A DNA stretch of 64,000 bases, taken from contig PLJD01000054.1 of assembly GCA_003140175.1 (NCBI GenBank), positions 1,294 to 65,293 of the forward strand, in the 5' to 3' direction. A program made the translations under genes and the position numbers. Numbering within the stretch: the stretch's first letter is position 1; the number at the start of each line of letters is the position of its first letter. This DNA comes from Actinomycetota bacterium. Its GTDB lineage: Bacteria; Actinomycetota; Acidimicrobiia; IMCC26256; PALSA-555. This document shows positions 62,525 through 64,000 of the stretch, piece by piece. The notes below the pieces were generated by a model. The model was not told the DNA's origin and did no database searches. It worked only from the letters and a program-made list of their open reading frames with translations.

Positions 62525-64000
62525 TCAGCGTCCTCGGCGGGGGAGGTGTGGGCGAACTCGGATGACGACCCGCACCATTTCCTCTGCTAGCTCATCGGTT
62601 GGAGCGCGAGGATTGTTGTAGACCACGTACTCCTTGGCGACGAGTGTGGCGAGATAGTCGAGGAGCGCGGACTCGTCGTCCTTGACGAGCAGGTAGTCAG
62701 TGTGACGCTCGTTGTATAGGACGATGTTCGAGTCAGGGTCGTATCGGCTGCGGCCAGCGCCGGGTGCGGGATCAGGTTCGAGGCGAGGGAGGGACCGGTT
62801 ACGGGTCTGGTCAGGGCGAGCCGAGTTGGGCGCTTGGTCAGGAAGAGGTTCGGCAAGATCTGGCGCTCGTTCCTCGAGATCGTTGAGCGGAGGTAGTCCT
62901 TCTGCGGGAGCAGTGTCGCCGTTTGAGCCCGGCGCCGATGGTGGCGCGACGGGTTCGAGAAGTGCTCCATCGCCCGGGAGAGCACCGAGCGGGGTGCGCA
63001 TCGGGTTGTCGAGATCGCTGAGCTCGTCGAGGACGCGCTTGAAGATCCGCTGGATCGTGTCGGCGAGTCGGTCGGCCTGCCGAGCGTCGACGTCACGGTT
63101 GACGCGCTCCAGCGCCTTGGTCACCGTAGGTTCGACCGCCCGGAGTGCGTCGACGAAGATCCCGAAAGCGCTGTCGAAGAGGACGCCGCGGCGTCCCGAG
63201 GCCTGTTGAAGCCCATCGAAGACGACATGCCCAGAGATTTGATCGCTGGACCACGGCGGATTGCTGAAGGGATCGAGTTCACTGAGATCATCCAGGATGG
63301 TGGTCCCGGCTCGCCCAACGACCGCGACCCGCCGCTTTCGCTCGTCGCGGGGTGCGACATAGAACCCAAACTCGATACGACCCCAGAGCGTCTGGTGCGC
63401 CGGGATCGCGACCCGAATGCCCTCGGGCTCCTCGGGCGTGACCAATTCGCTGCGCCTACCCTCAACGACTTCGATGGTGTAGTCGCCCCGGGCCAGCGCT
63501 GTACCTCGCCGTCGACGGAGATAGTCAACGACCTTGCGTTGCGTCAGCACGCGTAAGACCTCGGGATCGAGGTCGCTGAGATACACCGTCGTTCCGGACT
63601 CCGGGCGGGCCCGCCGTCGCTCCGGTTCGAGCAACCCGACCGCTCGGCCTCGTTCGAGTCGCAGCGTGTACGTCTGGTTCTCACCGACTGCGCGAGACAC
63701 GATCTCGCAGCGTCCGGCGAGCTGCTGGAAACCCAACAGGCCGATCGCTTTCTCGCCGAGAGTCCGCTCGTCTCCGGATTTGGCTGACTCGAAGAGGTTG
63801 CGGGCGATCTCACGGAGCCGGTCTGGATTCATGCCACGGCCGAGGTCGTCGATGGCGACAACTGGTCGCTTGCCTTTGCGTCGGAGCACGATGCGGATCC
63901 GGGCGCCGCGCTGACCGCTCTGCGCGTATTCATCAGCTGCGTTCGACACGAATTCGTTGAGCGCATCCTTCGGGTCGCGGTACACCTGTCCGGTGACGAG
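62525..64000 (-). CDS. GHKL-superfamily (HATPase_c_3 / MORC-like) ATP-binding protein; 5' end lies outside the window
   Basis: The frame is open to the window edge (..LVTGQVYRDPKDALNEFVSNAADEYA..). The N-box-like NEFVSNAADE and G1-box-like DDLGRGM are typical of the GHKL Bergerat fold. The C-terminal half is long and low-complexity. Confidence 0.7.
   Translation of the reverse strand, partial: LVTGQVYRDPKDALNEFVSNAADEYAQSGQRGARIRIVLRRKGKRPVVAIDDLGRGMNPDRLREIARNLFESAKSGDERTLGEKAIGLLGFQQLAGRCEIVSRAVGENQTYTLRLERGRAVGLLEPERRRARPESGTTVYLSDLDPEVLRVLTQRKVVDYLRRRRGTALARGDYTIEVVEGRRSELVTPEEPEGIRVAIPAHQTLWGRIEFGFYVAPRDERKRRVAVVGRAGTTILDDLSELDPFSNPPWSSDQISGHVVFDGLQQASGRRGVLFDSAFGIFVDALRAVEPTVTKALERVNRDVDARQADRLADTIQRIFKRVLDELSDLDNPMRTPLGALPGDGALLEPVAPPSAPGSNGDTAPAEGLPPLNDLEERAPDLAEPLPDQAPNSARPDQTRNRSLPRLEPDPAPGAGRSRYDPDSNIVLYNERHTDYLLVKDDESALLDYLATLVAKEYVVYNNPRAPTDELAEEMVRVVIRVRPHLPRRGR

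Overview
This is a visibly GC-rich, actinobacterial-type chromosomal window with frequent GTG/TTG starts and many 4-nt ATGA/GTGA start-stop overlaps. Most long antisense or alternative-frame ORFs in the track are Arg/Pro/Gly-rich GC artefacts. The window divides into five parts.

(1) 1-3.6 kb, housekeeping edge: the 3' part of aceE, a DUF3073-like gene, a HAD-like gene, a small hypothetical gene and tRNA-Val(CAC).

(2) 3.6-12.6 kb, an accessory island directly 3' of the tRNA. It carries a tyrosine integrase, an excisionase-like HTH gene and a seven-gene same-strand operon. The operon order is: sigma-70-like protein, HxxxCxxC (ZAS) anti-sigma N-terminus fused to an Xre-like HTH, ImmA/IrrE HExxH protease with six CxxC pairs, CD-NTase/SMODS-like nucleotidyltransferase, small E2-like protein, 1-TM protein, DUF1508 protein. 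I read it as a non-canonical CBASS-like signalling system with an unusual regulatory front end. It is the best candidate for a novel system in the window.

(3) 12.9-58.8 kb, a dense CoA-centred catabolic supercluster of unknown substrate. It contains:
- 2 P450s and a ferredoxin
- 5 amidohydrolase_2 paralogues
- 4 acyl-CoA dehydrogenases
- 3 family III CoA-transferase genes, one an internal tandem fusion
- 2 AMP-ligases, 3 SDRs, hotdog thioesterases and an enoyl-CoA hydratase
- LLM oxidoreductases
- IclR, TetR and ParB/StrR-like regulators
- a UGSC/NifU-like trio and twin mini zinc-ribbon genes
- a Liv-type ABC importer with a LivH-LivM-LivF triple fusion

(4) An IS30-family element is present as one intact copy (59.2-60.5 kb; 24-bp IRs and a TTG duplication) and one 5' stub (15.3-15.5 kb). 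Both sit at the same palindromic position of a roughly 150-190 bp host repeat. A third, unoccupied copy of that repeat lies at 62.2 kb. The right arm of the occupied copy runs into a tRNA-Val(UAC)-like 3' fragment.

(5) 60.6-64 kb, a decayed accessory tail: a Gly-rich pseudogene fragment, a toxin/antitoxin-like pair and a GHKL-ATPase gene cut by the window edge.

I saw no rRNA and no CRISPR array. All family assignments come from motif and pattern recognition by eye and need HMM or structure confirmation.
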